Source of the DNA: Mobula hypostoma
Taxonomy: Eukaryota
Direction of reading: 5' to 3'
DNA length: 64,000 bases
Assembly (NCBI RefSeq): GCF_963921235.1
Contig: NC_086097.1
Location: forward strand, 186,870,001 to 186,934,000
The translations under genes were made by a program, and so were the position numbers. Shown piece by piece: positions 1-12,574 of this stretch; the first letter of the stretch is position 1; the number at the start of each line of letters is the position of its first letter. The notes under the pieces were generated by a model. The model searched no databases and was not told where the DNA came from. It saw only the letters and a program-made list of their open reading frames with translations.

Positions 1-345
1 ACCCCCCGGACCTCCAGCAGACTCACAGCCAACAGCCCTCCCATCCCCCCCCCACCCCCCAGCTTCCCCAGTGGACCTCAGAATAGTAGACCCAGGACTT
101 CAGCCCATTGATTTCCAGACTTCTGATCGACTTTCAGGATCTGATCTTTGGTATCAACTCAAAGACTAGCCAATGGGACCCTGAACTCCAGTACCTGATT
201 TCCAGACTGGCTGATGATGGGACCCTGAACTGCAAGCATCAAACTCCGGACACATCGACTCTGTGTCTATTGAGCAAGTGGCAACTGGCTATTGGTCCTC
301 ATGGTCATCTGACTCCAGACCCACCAACCTGGGGGACTTGCTGAC
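1..345 (-). repeat. Fragment of a non-coding interspersed repeat, resembling 8680-9435
   Basis: Its reverse complement has the same GA-rich gtcc/ggagtt/ggagg texture as 9000-9250. No credible ORF. Confidence 0.35.
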
Positions 346-1572
346 CCAATGAGCTCTTCCTCACTTGCCAGCCCAACATCCATGATGTCCTTCATCAACA
401 TTTGGAATTTTTAAACAGTTACATCACCAATATTAGATTGTTCTCCCTAATACTGTTCTGTATAATGTCATCGGTCCAACATAATTTTCATTAACAATAA
501 CATTCTGCATATATAAGCATTATTTACTGTTATCAGAATAAAAGGAAGTTATAAACAATTTCTACGGATTTAAGCCTCAAGAAAAAGTAATTTGATCATC
601 TAGATTTATACAGTGCTGAAGCTCACATATTTAGAATGATCAACTCATGTCAACATGGATTGGAAGTATGTTGCAAAGTATAATCTGCCTGGGATTCAGT
701 TATTTCTAAATTACATCATTCATTATTTCACACTCACATTATGCACTCACCATAAAGCATTTTTTGTTCTCTGCAGTTCTTTTTCCTATGCTAACAACAA
801 TCTTGTGCAGTCCTGCATGAAGGTTGTTCGGAGGTTTCTAGTTTAAAGATTTTGTTCTACTTTCTCACTGCACCTTAGGTAACTTTGCTTGCAAAGGATA
901 GAGAGATGAACACAATGCATTTTGTCACATGGAAATTTGAACCAATGGTATTTTATTGAAAGCCTAGTATCATGATGGTCTGTACCATCTTGATTGGTGG
1001 GCAAATGAAACTTTTTATAATGCAATGGAAATTTGACACTGCTAAGATAACTGTAAAATAGTATCGGCATTGAACAATTTTCTCATTTTCTTTAATACTT
1101 ATGGCTAGGCTGGTGTGTTATCCTCTCCAGACATAACCTGACCATGGTCGATGGAGACAACGTAACTCATTCTGTAATCATGGTATTAGTTTGACAGCAA
1201 AGTAATGCAGCAATATTTATTAGCAGATCAGTTATAAATCTGAACAATTTCTTTGCAGTGAACAAAAGGCATTTTTTTCCTAAGTTGAAAGGCGCTAGTT
1301 GAAAATGTTGCATAGGTCATATTTGTGTGTTGGGGGGGGGGGAAGTAAAATAAGGTGAACATATACTCAAAGAAAAACACGGAAAGAGGTAAATAAAATC
1401 AGTTTAAAAAGACAGATACAATTCAAAGCATAATTAAATTTATTTTTGTGCATATCCTATCTATTCTTAGAGTGTGCAGAAGGAGTTACAACCTGTTAAT
1501 CTAAAAACACTGCTCAAAATTTTAAGGTTTATAATCAAAATCTATTAAATTTTTAGAAAAGTAATCAAATAC

Positions 1573-1764
1573 CTTTTCAGAAAGATAACACAAGCTTTGA
1601 TATAACCAAGACTGCTCCGGTGGGTGGAACTTTTCTCAGCTTGGATTGCTGGTGGCAGAATTCACCTGCTTTTCTCAAGAGGTCCCATAACTACGTGTGG
1701 ATACAAATGGAAGCTGGCATCACACCAAGAATCTCCTTTCTTTCTCTCTGCCACTCTAAATAAC
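1573..1764 (-). other. Candidate non-coding (5'UTR or lncRNA) exon
   Basis: Minus-strand acceptor gtctgtttttctAG|GTTA at 1764 and donor AAAG|GTATTT at 1573. An upstream donor TTAG|GTGATT at 1867 would give a 102-bp intron. All three frames contain stops. Confidence 0.4.
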
Positions 1765-1989
1765 CTAGAAAAACAGACATTTTGTTTTTGCTTCAATTAA
1801 AATCACTTAAGAGGTGGTACTAAATATATCTACAAATATAAAGAGTTCACCGTGCAAAACAATCACCTAAACAGCTTTTGACAGATTTTTTTTAAACCTA
1901 GAAAGAATTCAGACAGTAAAAAGTGACAAATTTGCAGAAAGTGATTAAGCTGACCTGATGGATTTGATTTCTTGTACTGACAACAATGA

Positions 1990-2200
1990 GGTTCGTGACC
2001 CTCCTCGAATAAACTGGACGAGGGTTTAAAATCAGCCAAACCCGCGGTGAGAATTTCCACGTGCCGGTAAAGAACCCGGAACCCGCAGGATTCGCGCACG
2101 AAAAAATCTGAAACACTTCTATCGAGTTTTCGGCCTCCCAGTCACTGTGACACGGCTGGGGGTGGAGCTCTGGTGTCCGTTCTGCGGATCCTATTGCTTA
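1990..2200. promoter_or_regulatory. CpG-rich promoter-like patch
   Basis: Dense CpGs in otherwise CpG-poor non-repeat DNA. E-box CACGTG 2058-2063, ETS-like CCGGAA ~2076, E2F-like TTCGCGC ~2091, GT-box GGGGGTGGAG ~2158. Confidence 0.5.
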
Positions 2201-2973
2201 AGATACTCGATTCAAAGTAAAGAAACTTTAGAATATTTCAACACAAGTGTCCTAAATTCCAAATCGAACAATAATGCAATTCCGACGAACAAAAAGTTTT
2301 AACTGCGGCCAAGTAGAATACAAGAGGTATTTAAATGGGACCGGTGCCTATCCTGGCTCACGACACCATTTTTGATAAGCAATCTGATTATTCTATCTGG
2401 TAATTGCGCAAATGGATCCCGCTTGAGTAACTTTTACAGATCAGCGAAATCTCTGTCCAAACATGCACAAACAATATTGAAACTATGCATTTATATAGAG
2501 CTTTCAAAAGTAATATGAGGTCTCACTATGCCTCACAGCTGAAGGGGGAAAAGGAGGGAATGACCCAATTCCTAGGTGCAGTGGGCAAAAACTGAAATGC
2601 GACAGTGACTCGAATCCTGAGTTAGGCGGTTAAACGAACAATGAGGAAAGAGGGGCTGCTATTATGAAAACAAGGACTCAGAATTGTATAGCACAGAAAC
2701 AGGTCCTTCAGCCCACTGTGTCAATGCTGAACACTGTGCTCATCTATACTTATCCTACTTGCCTGCATTAATCTCATATCCGTCTATATTTTATTAAGTA
2801 CCTATCCAGATATCTCCTACTGTTCCCGCCTCCACTACTTCCTCTGGCAGTCACGTTGCAGATAGTTTTAGTTAGCGCTACCACGTGAAATAGACTCTAG
2901 CTATCCATCCTATCTATGCCTCTCAAAACACGCTGGAGGAACTCAGCAGGTCGGGCAGCATCCGTGGAAACGA

Positions 2974-3013
2974 TCAGTCAACGTTTCGGGCCAGAACTCT
3001 TCGTCAGGACTGA
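2974..3013 (-). ncRNA. Minimal hammerhead ribozyme motif in the PLE terminal repeat
   Basis: Minus strand reads TCAGTC-CTGACGA-AGAGTTCTGGCCC-GAAA-CGTT-GACTGA: stem I, CUGANGA core, GAAA and palindromic ACGT. Confidence 0.7.
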
Positions 3014-4654
3014 AGAGGGAAGGGGTAGACGCCCTATAAAGAAGGTTGGGGGAGAGTGGGAAGGAGAAGGCTGGTAGGTTCCAGGAGAAAAACCAGTAAG
3101 GGGAAAGACAAAGGGGTGGGGGAGGGGAGGCAGGGAGGGGATAGATAGGAAAGGTGAAGAAGGAATAGGGGAAAGCACAATGGGCAGTAGAAGGAGGCGG
3201 AACCATGAAGGAGGTGATAGGCAGCTGGGGGAGGGGGCGGAGTGAAAGTGGGATGGGGGAGGGAATTACCAGAAGTTGGAGAATTTGAAGTTCATACCAA
3301 GGGGCTGGAGACTACCCAGATGGTATATGAGGTGTTGCTCCTCCAACCTGAGTTTAGCCTCATCATGGCAGTAGAGGAGGCCATGTATGAACATATCCAA
3401 ATGGGAATGTGAAGCAGAGTTGAAGTGGGTGGCAACCAGGAGATCCTGTCTGTTGAGGCAGACGGAGCAGAGGTGCTCTACAAAGCGGTCCCCCAATCTG
3501 CGTCAGGTTTCACCGATGTAGAGGAGGCCACACCGGGAGCACCGGATGCAACAGATGACCCCAACGGATTCGCAAGTGAAGTTTTACCTCACCTGGAAGG
3601 ACTGTTTGGGGCTCTGAATGGTGGCAAGAGAGGAGTGTAGGGACAGGTGTAGCACTTACGCTTGCAGTGATAAGTGCCGGGTGGGAGATCCGTGAGGAGG
3701 GATGTGTGGACCAGGGACTTGCGGAGGGAACGATCTCTGCGGAAAGCGGAAAGGGGTGGAGAGAGAAAGATGTGCTTAGTGGTGGGGTCCTGTTGAAGGT
3801 GGCGGAAATTGCGGAGGATAATGTGCTGGATCCGGAGGCTGGTGGGGTGGAGGGTGAGGACAAGGGGAACTCTGTCCCTGTTGTGACAGGAGGATGGGGT
3901 GAGGGCCGAAGTGCGGGAAATGGAGGAGATGCGGGTGAGGGCATCATTGATGACGGCAGAAGGGAAACCATGATCCTTAAAGAAAGAGGACATTTGAGAT
4001 GCCCTGGAATGGAAAGCCTCATCCTAGGAGCAGATGCAGCGGAGACGGAGTAACTGGGAATAGGGAATGGCATTTTTGCATGTAGCAGGGTGGGAAGAGG
4101 TATAGTCAAGGTAGTTATGAGAGTCAGTGGGCTTGTAGAAGATGTCAGTGGACAGTCTGTCTCCAGAGATGGAGACTGAGAGATCGAGAAAGGGGAGAGA
4201 AGTGTCCGAGGTGGACCAAGTGAATTTGAGGGCTGGGTGGAAGTTTGAAGTAAAGTCGATGAAATTGATGAGCTCAGCATGGGTGCAGGAAGCAGCACCA
4301 ATGTAGTTGTCAATGTAGCGAAGGAAAAGTTGGGGAGCAGTACCAGTATAGGTTTGGAACACAGACTGTTCCACATAACCAACGAAGAGGCAGGCGTAGC
4401 TGGGGCCCATGCAAGTGCCCATAGCTACACCCTTGGTCTGAGTAAAGTACGAAGAGCTATAAGAGAAGTTATTAAGTGTGAGTACCAGTTCCGCCAACCG
4501 AAGGAGGGTAGTGATGGTGGGGAACTGGTGAGGTCTATTGTCCAGAAAGTAGCGGAGGGCTTTGAGGCCTTTTTGATGGAGAATGGAGATGTATAAGGAT
4601 TGGACATCCCACCCTCCCCTCACCTTCTTTATTGGTCCTCTGCCCCTTCCTTCT

Positions 4655-4694
4655 TCAGTCCTGAAGAAGGGTTCCGGCCCAAAACGTTGACTGA
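4655..4694 (+). ncRNA. Hammerhead motif (GAAA mutated to AAAA) in the inverted PLE repeat
   Basis: TCAGTC-CTGAAGA-AGGG TTCCGG CCC-AAAA-CGTT-GACTGA. Confidence 0.55.
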
Positions 4695-4810
4695 TCATTT
4701 CCACGGATGCTGCCCGACCTGCTGAGTTCCTCCAGCATGTTGTGAGTGTTGCTTTGACCCCAGCATCTGCAGAGTATTTTGTGCTATCTATGCCTCTCAC
4801 CTTTTTATAG

Positions 4811-7332
4811 TATGCAGCTGGATCATGGACCGTTACCTTGTTGTGGTGAGGGGCTTGGTTATTTCAGTGAGGCTATGAGCTATGCCATGTAGAGCTACTC
4901 AAGATGGACAGGTCATGGCAGAGAGGTCAGACTAAGTGTGGTCCACTGGAGAAGGAAATGGCAACCCACCCCAGTAATTTGCCAAGAAAACCTTATGGAT
5001 AAAAGTAACCAGAGATGTATAAGAATGACACTGGAAGATAAGCCCCACAGGTCTGAAGACGCCCAACATGCTAATGCGGCAGAACAGAGGACAAGTATGA
5101 GTAGAACCAGAGCTAGTGATGTGGTTGGATTAAAGCCGAAAGGACAGTCAACTGCTGATGTGCCTGGAAATGAAAAGAAGGTCCAACGTTATAAAGATCA
5201 TTGGAACCTGGAATGCAAGATCTATGTATCAAGGTAAACTAGATGTGGTCAAAAACGAGATGGCAAGACTAAACGTTGACATATTGGGAATTAGAGAACT
5301 AAAGCGGAGGGAAATGGATCATTTAATATCAGGTAATGACCCTACTGTGGGCAGGAAACCTGCAGAAAGAATGGAGAGGCTTTAATTGTCAGGAAGAGAG
5401 AGAAGGCCAAAGGAACTATGGGTAGAAGTAAGCAGCATTATTCAAGAGGTGGCAACAAAAAGTATTACAAACAAAAAGAAGACCAGGAAAGCAAAATCGT
5501 GTTCAGTGGAGGCTCTACAAGTGGCTGAGCAGCGAAGAGAAGTGAAGGCCAATGTAGATTGGAACAAATACCGCCAACTGAACGTAAAGTTCAAGTATAA
5601 GGAAACTTACTTAAAGGAGTGATGCAAAGAATCTGAAGAAGCCAACAGAATTGGAAAAATGAGATCCATTCAAGAAGATTAGAGAAATCAAAGGAACATT
5701 TCAGGCAAAAATGAGTATAACAAAAGACAAAGAAGGGAAGGACCTTACAGAAGCAGAAGACATAAAAAAGAGATGGCAGAAACACACAGAAGAACTGTAC
5801 AGGAAAGATTCCAACAGTGAAGACACCTGTAATGACTCCCTCATCGATTTTGAGCCGGACATTCTGGAAAGTGAAATCGAATGGGCAATAGAAAACATTG
5901 CTAATAAGGCTGCAGGATGTGACAGCATTCCCGTTAAATTGTTTAAAACTTTAAAAGGTGATGCTGTAAAACTGTTGTATGCAATTTGCTAGCAGATCTG
6001 GAAAACCCAACAATGGTCTTTAGACTGGAGAAGATCAGTTTATATCCCAATGCCCAAATGTAAAGGAATGTTCAAATTACCGAACAATTTCACATGCTAG
6101 CATGGTAATGCTAAAGATCATGCAAGCATGACTCCAGCAATATATGGCATGAGAACTGCCCGATGTACAAGCTGGTTTTAGAAGAGGCAGAGGTACCAGA
6201 GACCAAATTGCTAACCTACGCTGGTTAATGGAGAAACTGAGGGAATTCCAGAAAAGTATTTATCTATATTTTATTGACTACTCCAAAGCCTTCATCAGTG
6301 TGGAACATAATAAATTATGGCAAATCCTTAAAGAAATGGGGATACCTTGACATCTGATCTGCCTTATGAGAAACTTGTGCGAAGATCAAGAAGCAACAGT
6401 TAGAACTGAACACTGAACAACAAACTGGTTCAAAATTGGGAAAGGAGTACAAAAAGGATGCATCCTGTCACCCTACTTATTTAATCTATTTGCTGAACAT
6501 ATCATGAGGAATGCTGGTCTAGAGGACTCAAATATTGGAATCAAAATTGCCGGATGAAATATTAACAACCTCAGATATACAGATGATACTACTTTAATAG
6601 CTGAGAGTGAGAATGATCTGCGGAAGCTTCTAATCAAAGTAAATGAAGAAAGTGCAAAAGCTGGTATGTTGCTCAATATTAAGAAAATCAAGATTATGCC
6701 GACCAGCTCTATTAACTCTGTGGTAATAAATGGAAAGGAATTGGAAACAGTGACGGATTTTGTCTGCCTCGGCTCAAAGATTTCTGTAGATGGTAACTGC
6801 AGCCACAAAATTAAACAGCACTTACTTCTGGGGAGGGCAGCAATGGCAAATTTAGATAAAATACAGAAGAGCAGAGACATAACATTGTCGACAAAGATCT
6901 GTATAGTCAGGTCTATGGCATTTCCAGTTGTGATGTGTGGCTGTGAGAGCTGGACTATTAGTAAGGCTGAATGCAAAAGAATTGATGCCTTTGAACTTGA
7001 ATGCTGGAGAAAAATGTTCAGAGTTCGTTGGACAGCAAGAAGATCCAACAAGTCAATACTTGAAGAAATACAGCCAGACTACTCACTAGGAGGCTTGATT
7101 AAGAGACAAAAGCTCAAATATTTTGGCCACAGGATTCCTTGGAGAAGACTCTCGTGTTAGGTAAAACAGAAGGTTTAAGAAGGACTGGATGACAGAGGTC
7201 ATGATGGATAGATAATATTACTCATACCATGTGTATGACCTTGGGGGATCTTAGCGATGCAGTTTCCAACAAGGAGGCTTGGTGTGCAGGAGTCCATGAC
7301 GTCACAAACAGCTGGACTAGACTTAATGACTG
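4811..7332 (+). mobile_element. BovB-type RTE LINE, both ends present, internally deleted and degenerate
   Basis: 5'UTR GTGGTCCACTGGAGAAGGAAATGGCAACCCAC. APE IGTWNARSMYQGKLDVVKNEM. RT LRYTDDT and C-terminal CESWT...RIDAFELECWR. 3' end AGTCCATGAC...GACTGAAAACAACAA. Many stops and frameshifts, and a deletion near 5385. Confidence 0.85.
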
Positions 7333-8679
7333 AAAACAACAAGCTCTATCATGTCACCTCAGCTTCCTTTACTCCAGGGAAAAGGGATCTACCCTTCCAA
7401 TCCATGCAACATCCTTGTGAATATTTTCTGTACCCCCTCTAGCTTAATTACATTCTTCCTATAGTGTGGTGAACAAAACAGAATAATGTTAGTAAATTAT
7501 GTGATTAAGAACTTAATGATGCCATGTGTTGATATGCCTTGCTGGTAAATAGAATATAACATTCACCATTGTTTTGCAGTTTGTGAGCCCTTCTGATATT
7601 ATGAGAACTTACCAACTGTCCATTCTAGGTCAAGGTATACCCCAGATACACATCCTGGCAAACCAGGTCAGATCGTTAGGCACCATTGCCAAACTGAGTA
7701 GAACCCCAGGTAAAAGAGTCTGTTCACTTTTCAGCTGGAAGGAAAACAATGCCTCATTAAGTTAATGATGTTTGGCAGCCAGGGTGGGGGTTTTGATGTA
7801 TGATGGTTGGAAGCTAAAGGTAGCAAGCAAACTGATAACGTCTCCAGCCAAGAGCTTTATCAACTGGAATTAGCAACTCCCAACCCTGTGAGTAAAACAG
7901 ACTTATCGCTCATTTTGTGTTCCAACAATTTTTTCAATTCAGTTACTGTCAAAAATAGCTGTCATTTAAAGTTGTATTTTTCACTGCACTTCGAACTTCT
8001 CAGTTTAATTCTAATGCTTATCTCCATTACATGCTGAAGAGTTCATTTGCCATGAAAGATTAATGATGATTCAACAATCCCATAGGATCTAATGAACTCA
8101 GATTCAGCTGTATTAAACAAATAAATGAAAATGCCTTTCAGACAAGCTAACTTTTCAATTCTTGTACTAATAAAATAACATAATGAAATCATTAATGCTT
8201 CACTAAATTCTGTCAAGTCAATGTTGATAATTTACATCATAATGTGAGAGCTTTTTTGTCTGTAAGTTAAACGGATGAGGGGGTGTTTGTTTTAATAAAG
8301 GCAAATTCTCAACAGTCAAAATAACAAGTCATTATAACCTATGGGATGATTCATAATCAACATTGTGTTGTTCTTTTACTTTCTTTTAAATTGTTTGCCT
8401 GGATTTATCTGGTGTGCACCCATCAACCACAGTAACCTCTCTCCCAGGCTCAGCCATCTCCAAATGTAGAGGACCCATTTTGTCAACATTGAGATGAGAT
8501 ATTAAACAGAGGCCAATTCTCTTCTCTAAAATGAATGTCAAAGGTCCAACAGTAGCATTTTTAAAAGCAGCAGAAAAGTTAAGAACTAAGAGAACTGACA
8601 AAAGAAACAGGAATTCCTTGGAATGTAGGAAAATGGGATGTTATAAAACTGTTTAAAATTATGGAAGGCAAGCATAAGG

Positions 8680-9435
8680 TGGATGGCGCCAAGCTCTGAT
8701 GTCCATTGAGGTTGTGGCTCAGTCTTTTATGTTTCTGGGGATGGTTTTGGAATGGCATCAGGAGTTATGGATCAGGTTAGGGCTTAGGGATGAAGAAGAG
8801 TTAAAAGTCAGGACAGTAAATGAAGAGGTGGGGGAGGAGCTGATGGTTGAAGTCCAGGTTGGAGCGCTCCACAGTCAAGGGCCAGTGTTCCCCGAGGTCA
8901 GGTCAGCAGGCACAGACTGCGGTCCCTGCAGTCAGGGACTATGATTGGCAGCACCTGAGAATGAGACTGGTGAAGACACCAAGTCAGCAGGTCCTGGGGT
9001 CAGATGCCTGTGCAAGTCTGGAGGCTGAGACTCAACGTTCAAAGACCCATCAGTGAGTTCTGAGGTCAATACTAGAGTTTGAAGTCTGAAGGTTGGAGAC
9101 TGAAGTTGGTGAATCTAGAAGCTGAAGGCCCAACGTCTGTGAGTCTGGCTCGGGACTAGAAGTTGGAGGCCTGATGTCTGTGTGTCTGAGAGTTTGGGGC
9201 TGCCTGTTCTGGAGTTGGAGGCTTGTCTGTGGGAGGGTGGGAAAGGGACTTGCCTTGCTCTTGTTATTTTCTTTTGTTGCTGCTGTTGTTGCTTTTGTTG
9301 TACTGCTGAACATTGTGGATATGCTATGTTGGTGCTGGAATGTGTGGCAACACTTGTGGGCTGCCCCAGAATATCCATGTGTTAATGCAAACAACTGCAT
9401 GTTTTGATGTACGCATGATAAATAATCTGAATCTG
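8680..9435 (+). repeat. Non-autonomous LINE-derived-like repeat (GATGGCG 5' end, LINE-like tail)
   Basis: Starts GGATGGCGCC and ends ATAAATAATCTGAATCTG. No coding potential. Confidence 0.5.
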
Positions 9436-11344
9436 CGGAAAAGATCATAGGGCATGTTGAATCTGCTTTTAAGATTGCTTAATCTCTGTAAACTGCAATT
9501 CCTTCAGTTTTCAAGAATATATCAATCATAGTTTTGCTAATGTTCAATGACAGAATGCGCTCAGCTCTCTTGAGGTAGATTTTTAGGGCTCCACATGAAG
9601 AACCTTAAATCTCTTGTTTGTCCTCCTTTACTTGGACTACATCCCAGCATCAGACTCTCCAGCTAGAGGATATAGACACTCAGCATCATTCTGACAATTC
9701 TCCAGAATGTTGTATTTTTCAATGACGTCACCTTTCATTGTACAAGCTCCAGCAAATTATCCCCAAAGTCCTGCCCAATATTTATCCCTGTCTATGTTCC
9801 TTAACAAAAATAGCAAGCCACTATTACATTTTGGGAGTTTCTTATGCACAAATTGGTAAGTATGTTTACTTCAATAGAACAGCGAAAACACTTAGAAGGC
9901 ATTGGCTTGAAGACTTTGTCCATGCTGTAGCCTTGTTCATCACCCTATTTACCTGCGTTAACATTTTCCGATAAGTATGGAATTGAACTCCAAGGTCCCT
10001 CTTTTCATCAACATTCCATAGAATCCTACAATTTATTGACTATGTCCTGCTCCTGTTTGTCTTTCCCAAAGACCATCACCTCACACTTGTCAGAATTAGA
10101 TCCCATCAGCTAAGGTTCTGCTCAGTTTTATATCTGATCAACTACTTAACCTGCCTTTGACAAACTTTTTCACTGTCCACAACACCACCAACTTTCATGT
10201 CATGATAATGTGCTGAAAGCATGATTCTTCCACACATCTGCTCCAGGAAAGCTGTTGCTCGCATATCAACGTTCCAGCACACGTATTCCAATGCTATTCA
10301 GTTTAGCCTCAACTGTACCTCAATGCCAAAAGAACGTCCATCCAATGCCTCACACCCATTTAAAGTTTTCATACTTGGCTCCAAAGGCATCAATTGCTTG
10401 ATGTTCTGATTTAGCTCATTGTCTGTGAGAAAACCAATTAGAAAACAAACTACCTTTGTGGAAGTTATCTTTACATAATGTTGCAAGTGATTAACAATGA
10501 ATCTCCACTGACCATGCTGAAATTTTGCACTAAAGCTTTGGTTCACAAAACATGTTGGCTTTGCCATCTACTGGTGTAATCAGGTAATTGAGGAATCTAG
10601 TTCAAATACAAATAAGTAATTTTATTTTCACACTTTAATCATGATTTAATTTCAAAAAGGCATCATTGTGGTACAGGAGGTAACAAGAAGGAAAATCCAT
10701 TCAAAGTTGTTTGATACACTAGATCTAATATTTGAGGGATCAAGTAAAATAACCACAAGATACCCTTAGTTGCTACAAATGCCTCAACAAGAAAACAGTA
10801 GGTTATCTAAGTTGCAGTGATGGGGAAGTGCAAAAGTTGGGGAGCATTGCTGTGGTGGTCATGAAAGCCTCAGAATGCAGATTGAAGATGGTACAGTGAT
10901 TTCATTGCAGTTAGAGAGGGCATATTGATTGAATACGCAGCCATGCAAGAATGTCACTGCAGGTAAGTCCTTCTTTACCTTCGAATGAGTACGGCAAGCT
11001 GAGCAGAATAATCCTGATGTTAGTGAAGGAATGACTTTACTGTAAGATTGCAAAGAAAATTATCAATAATACATTAGAAACATTGTACCGATTGAAAACA
11101 TCATGATTCTTAAAGGATTTGACAGGGAGATACACACACAGAATGCTACAGGAACTCAGCAGATCAGGCATCATCTCTGAAGAAGAATAAAGAGTTAATG
11201 TTTTGGGCTGAGGTCCTTCATTAGGAGGTCGTTGAAAGGGAGATGTGTCAAATTGATATATCCCTGGTTGAGTGTCAAGGATTAGGACTCACTCTCAAAA
11301 TGTTAGCCAATCAGGACTGAGGTGAGCAGACATTTTTACACAGT

Positions 11345-12040
11345 ACCAACAGTCACGCATAGCACAAGGCACATATAGCGCATATAAAATAGCAAGCACA
11401 TATAAAATAACAAACCCATTATAAAATAGCAGTAAAATACAGTCAAACAAAAAATATATAGTCCACTTCCCTGAGTAGATGAATGTTGCAGCAGTCTGCA
11501 GTCAAACACAATACAGCTTGTCTCCTACTGTGCAAACACTGAGGGGCAGCACTGATTCCAGCATGGATGAAGTAACACACCGCCTCCGGCACTCTTGTGG
11601 AGCACCCATCACCAACACCAACCCCTGGCCAGAGGCAAACAGGTGGCACTGCAGCCTGAGGCCTAGTCCTCACTATAACTAAGGCCACACAGACTTCCTG
11701 CTGCTTGCCAATAAATCAATGAATTGGACTTGCAGCATTACACACACCATTAGTGTCTAAAAGGGTCTTGTGGTCATATGAAAAGCAACTGACCGTCACT
11801 TGCTGTTAGAATGCACACCTTCTTTGTGCGTCAATGCTTTTCTGTCATGGGCAATATCATGATCCACACCAAGTCCCACTCCTTCAGTTTCTCCACCAAT
11901 GAGCAACTCATTGATGGGGTAAACCTGCAGTACTTTAAGTTCTCGATGTCTAGCAGTGTCTTGAGATTGTGAAAAATATGTTTAAAAAAGACAATAACCC
12001 CATAGAAGGTGCTGCATCCGAAGGCACCACCATCTTATCG
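11345..12040 (-). repeat. Non-autonomous repeat with AAGATGG 5' end
   Basis: Terminal segment (ccatctt at ~12030-12036) resembles 13290-13385 and 21200-21295. Confidence 0.45.
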
Positions 12041-12574
12041 GTGTATTTATGTCTCTATCAAGAGATATGGGATTAGAGTAGGAAGTGGTGTTGACCTAAA
12101 AGATCAGCCACCATTTTCTTGAATGACAGAGCAGGCTGGAAGGGACTAATAACTGACTCTTGTTGCTATTCCTCATGTTCTAGTAATCAGTATGCGCATT
12201 GATGCTGCAGAAAGCAAGCCTGCTACTGGGTAAAATGTGTGTAATAATACCCCAGGGAGTTTTCTCCTGGTCAGCATGACTTGGTGTATACACCTAAGCA
12301 GGTTCTGTCCAGGGTGTGGGCGAGAGTGTTGAGTTGCCAGTGGAGAAAGATGGGTCCTAATACCTGTCATGGGGATGAGTTAGAGACATGTATTCTAGGC
12401 AGGAACATTGAATGGACTGAGTCACTTGAGTTGAATGACTGTATACTTCCGAATACCGCAGTACTAGGTGTGGAGGAGAAGGGCAGTGACATGATCAAAG
12501 AACTGCTCAGGCTGTAGGGTTACTGATCTAGGTGACAAGACTGCTGCTTGTGTGGGCTCAAGAGGCACCAAGTG

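Larger units (their letters stand above)
2926..4783 (-). mobile_element. Penelope-like element (RT + GIY-YIG endonuclease, 5'-truncated) with an inverted terminal-repeat copy
   Basis: RT motifs KGVAMGTCMGPSYACLF and FLRYIDN (ORF 4024-4800). GIY-YIG C-terminal part GDRFVEH...ATHFN...RLEEQHLI (3266-3496). 2926-3060 is repeated inverted at 4610-4783. 16-bp TSD ctatctatgcctctca at 2910-2925 and 4784-4799. Confidence 0.92.
2680..7480 (-). mobile_element. Old CR1 3' fragment in three pieces (2680-2925, 4784-4810, 7333-7480), host of the PLE and BovB insertions
   Basis: Matches the reverse-complement CR1 3' ends repeated elsewhere in the window. The sequence resumes collinearly across both insertions. 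Confidence 0.7.

Noticed and set aside
3510..4382. 290-aa S/P/T-rich ORF
   Set aside because: Alternate frame of the Penelope RT region.
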